A DNA stretch of 64,000 nt, from NCBI GenBank assembly GCA_903953565.1, contig CAJBKE010000033.1, forward strand, positions 51,210-115,209, given 5' to 3'. Within the stretch, counting starts at the first letter, position 1. Each line of letters opens with the position of its first letter. The DNA comes from an uncultured Verrucomicrobiota bacterium (GTDB lineage Bacteria; Verrucomicrobiota; Verrucomicrobiia; Chthoniobacterales; JACTMZ01). A program made the translations under genes and the position numbers. This document shows positions 62,351-64,000 of the stretch, in pieces. Below the pieces are notes generated by a model. That model did no database searches and was not told where the DNA came from. It was given only the letters and a program-made list of their open reading frames with translations.

Positions 62351-63619
62351 ATGAAGCGCGTCCTCATAGTGGTTTCCACGTGGAAGCCTTGCATGATGGC
62401 AGACATGCAACGGGCCCGGTTGCTCGCCGGCGAGTTGCCCGCCTTTGGTTGGGATGCGGAGATTCTGACTCCGGATGCGAGTTTCCAAACAGATTTCAGC
62501 CGAGTGCAGGGTGAGGGATTGGAGTTTCCAGATGTTCCGGTGCATGAGTGCCGGCAATGGATGCCGGGATACTTCCGCGCTCTAGGTTCTCGAAACGTCG
62601 GTATACGGGCCGCGATTCCCGCGGGGAAGGCTGGTATGGAGCTGCTGAAACAAAAGAGCTTCGATCTTGTCTATTTCTCCACGACACAGCATTGGATCAC
62701 CTGCAACGGGGCGCGCTGGCGCCGCAAGACCGGGGTTCCTTACGTCGCTGATCTTCACGATCCCGTCTACCTCGAAAAGAAAGTCTATTTTGTCAGCCGT
62801 CACCGCATCAAAGAGCGGGTGGCAAGGCATCTGGGAAAGACGATCGAGAGGTTGGCCCTCGGACGGGCGGATGGGCTGGTGAGCGTTTCGGAGGGTTACA
62901 TGAAGGACGTCGGGCGGCGTCATCCGCAGGCGCCCTGGGCCCAAAAAGGTTCAGTGCTCGTGCAGCCATTTCCCGCGGACCTTGCGGCGCTCGATGCTGC
63001 CGAGGTGTGTGCAGGGGGTGGCAGCGGCGACCTGCAAGTGCTCTACATCGGCGCCGGGGGTTCCATCATGGAAAAGGGCTGGCGGGAGCTGATTTCCTGC
63101 CTGCGGGAGGAGAATCTGCCGGCAGACCTGCGCATCGATCTTCTCGGGACGGACACGAATTGGGAGCATAACCGCCGCCGTTATCTTCAGGACGTCGCAG
63201 AGCAGAGCGGCCTGCGTCAACTGGTGAACGAAGAACCGGCGCGTGTCTCCTATCGCGACTCGATGAAGTTCACCATGGAGGCGGCGGGGCTTATGGTCCT
63301 CGGCGTTGACGATCTGAATTACCGTCCATCGAAGCTCCACACCTGCATAGCTTCGGGGTTACCGCTCCTTGTCGTGATGCATGCGGACTCGGAGCTTGCC
63401 AAGACTGTGGAGCAGGCCGGCCCCGGCGTGCATGTGGTGAAATTCGGAGGAAGCGCTGCGGACCACGATCGCAATCGTGCCGCGTTGAGGAACTTTCTAT
63501 CCGGCGTAAAGGAAAAGCGCCGTGGGGCGCGCTCCGAGCGTTCGTTTCTTACCCCGCAAGATGCCGCCGAGGGACATGCAGCTCTTTTCAATCGCGTCGT
63601 GGAGTCCCGACCGAAATGA
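62351..63619 (+). CDS. Putative glycosyltransferase, GT-B fold
   Basis: ATG 62351. MKRVLIVVSTWKP, two Rossmann-like halves. Weak motif support. Confidence 0.6.
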   Translation: MKRVLIVVSTWKPCMMADMQRARLLAGELPAFGWDAEILTPDASFQTDFSRVQGEGLEFPDVPVHECRQWMPGYFRALGSRNVGIRAAIPAGKAGMELLKQKSFDLVYFSTTQHWITCNGARWRRKTGVPYVADLHDPVYLEKKVYFVSRHRIKERVARHLGKTIERLALGRADGLVSVSEGYMKDVGRRHPQAPWAQKGSVLVQPFPADLAALDAAEVCAGGGSGDLQVLYIGAGGSIMEKGWRELISCLREENLPADLRIDLLGTDTNWEHNRRRYLQDVAEQSGLRQLVNEEPARVSYRDSMKFTMEAAGLMVLGVDDLNYRPSKLHTCIASGLPLLVVMHADSELAKTVEQAGPGVHVVKFGGSAADHDRNRAALRNFLSGVKEKRRGARSERSFLTPQDAAEGHAALFNRVVESRPK

Positions 63620-64000
63620 GCGAGCAACGGAAGTTTGTCTGCGGCTTTTTCGGAGCCCGCGATGGCTACGAGGTTCCGGTGGCTTTGCAAGAGGCCGGCT
63701 TGCTCGAAGTCTTGCTCACTGATTTTTACGGTTGCGGCGGATTGTTGTCCAAAAGCGGACTCGCTCGTGCGTTGCGCGAGCATGAGAAGTTGCCGGCTGA
63801 CAGGGTGCGTGGATCGCTGGTTTTTTCGTTGGCACAAAGGGCTTGTGGCAAAATCTTTTCGGACGCTGAGCAGCGCAATCTTTGGCCGGACCGATTGCTC
63901 TCGAATCGCATCGCCCGTGAAGCGGCCCACCGCGGTGCGCATATCCTAACCTACGAGCCCTACGCCGTGCCGCGACCCTCGGGCGGATTCCCCTGTGGCA
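63616..64000 (+). CDS. Putative glycosyltransferase, N-terminal fragment (runs off the window)
   Basis: The ATG overlaps the previous stop (ATGA). Open frame to the window end: MSEQRKFVCGFFGARDGYEVPVALQEAGLLEVLLTDFY. Not in the ORF track because no stop is reached. Confidence 0.5.
   Translation, partial: MSEQRKFVCGFFGARDGYEVPVALQEAGLLEVLLTDFYGCGGLLSKSGLARALREHEKLPADRVRGSLVFSLAQRACGKIFSDAEQRNLWPDRLLSNRIAREAAHRGAHILTYEPYAVPRPSGGFPCG

Overview
High-GC (about 60-65% by eye) bacterial chromosome segment. The gene content (PEP-CTERM/exosortase, many secreted proteins) suggests Verrucomicrobiota/Opitutales, but that is inference only. All calls come from reading the sequence and the ORF track; no searches were run.

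Positions 1-24 kb are housekeeping or mixed genes: gltB (5' truncated) and gltD, a PEP-CTERM protein, small lipoproteins, tRNA-Leu(TAA), a glutaredoxin-like gene, rpsA, an MDR reductase, gatC and gatA, an MFS transporter, a thioredoxin-like protein, a 900-aa metzincin, tRNA-Gly(CCC), an S9 peptidase, chrA, a ferredoxin, a DUF721 protein and a HAD-FolB fusion.

From 22.3 kb to the window end, about 44 consecutive genes lie on the + strand. Together they form a >35 kb glycan / PEP-CTERM locus containing:
- an epimerase, an Sfp-type PPTase and a GbsR/MarR-like regulator
- two tandem exosortase-EpsI fusion genes
- a carbamoyltransferase-DUF5989-SxtJ trio
- the Wzm/Wzt ABC exporter
- a methyltransferase-sulfotransferase fusion
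- about 19 putative glycosyltransferases
- acetyltransferases, a deacetylase and methyltransferases

The most unusual signal is in this locus.
1. Four paralogous four-helix-bundle genes (the 23S-rRNA-IVS-protein / Avd family) are each enclosed by an inverted repeat. Each cassette is about 0.43 kb and sits between operon genes, which resembles ORF-bearing rRNA intervening sequences.
2. Degenerate purine-rich word repeats fill almost every spacer, and gene 3' ends and stop codons run into them.
3. The same words occur as in-frame insertions inside coding genes: wzt, two GT2 paralogs and a GT-A-like gene.

Two further dispersed palindromic repeat families mark gene ends in the housekeeping part. 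I saw no rRNA, CRISPR, transposase or phage genes.
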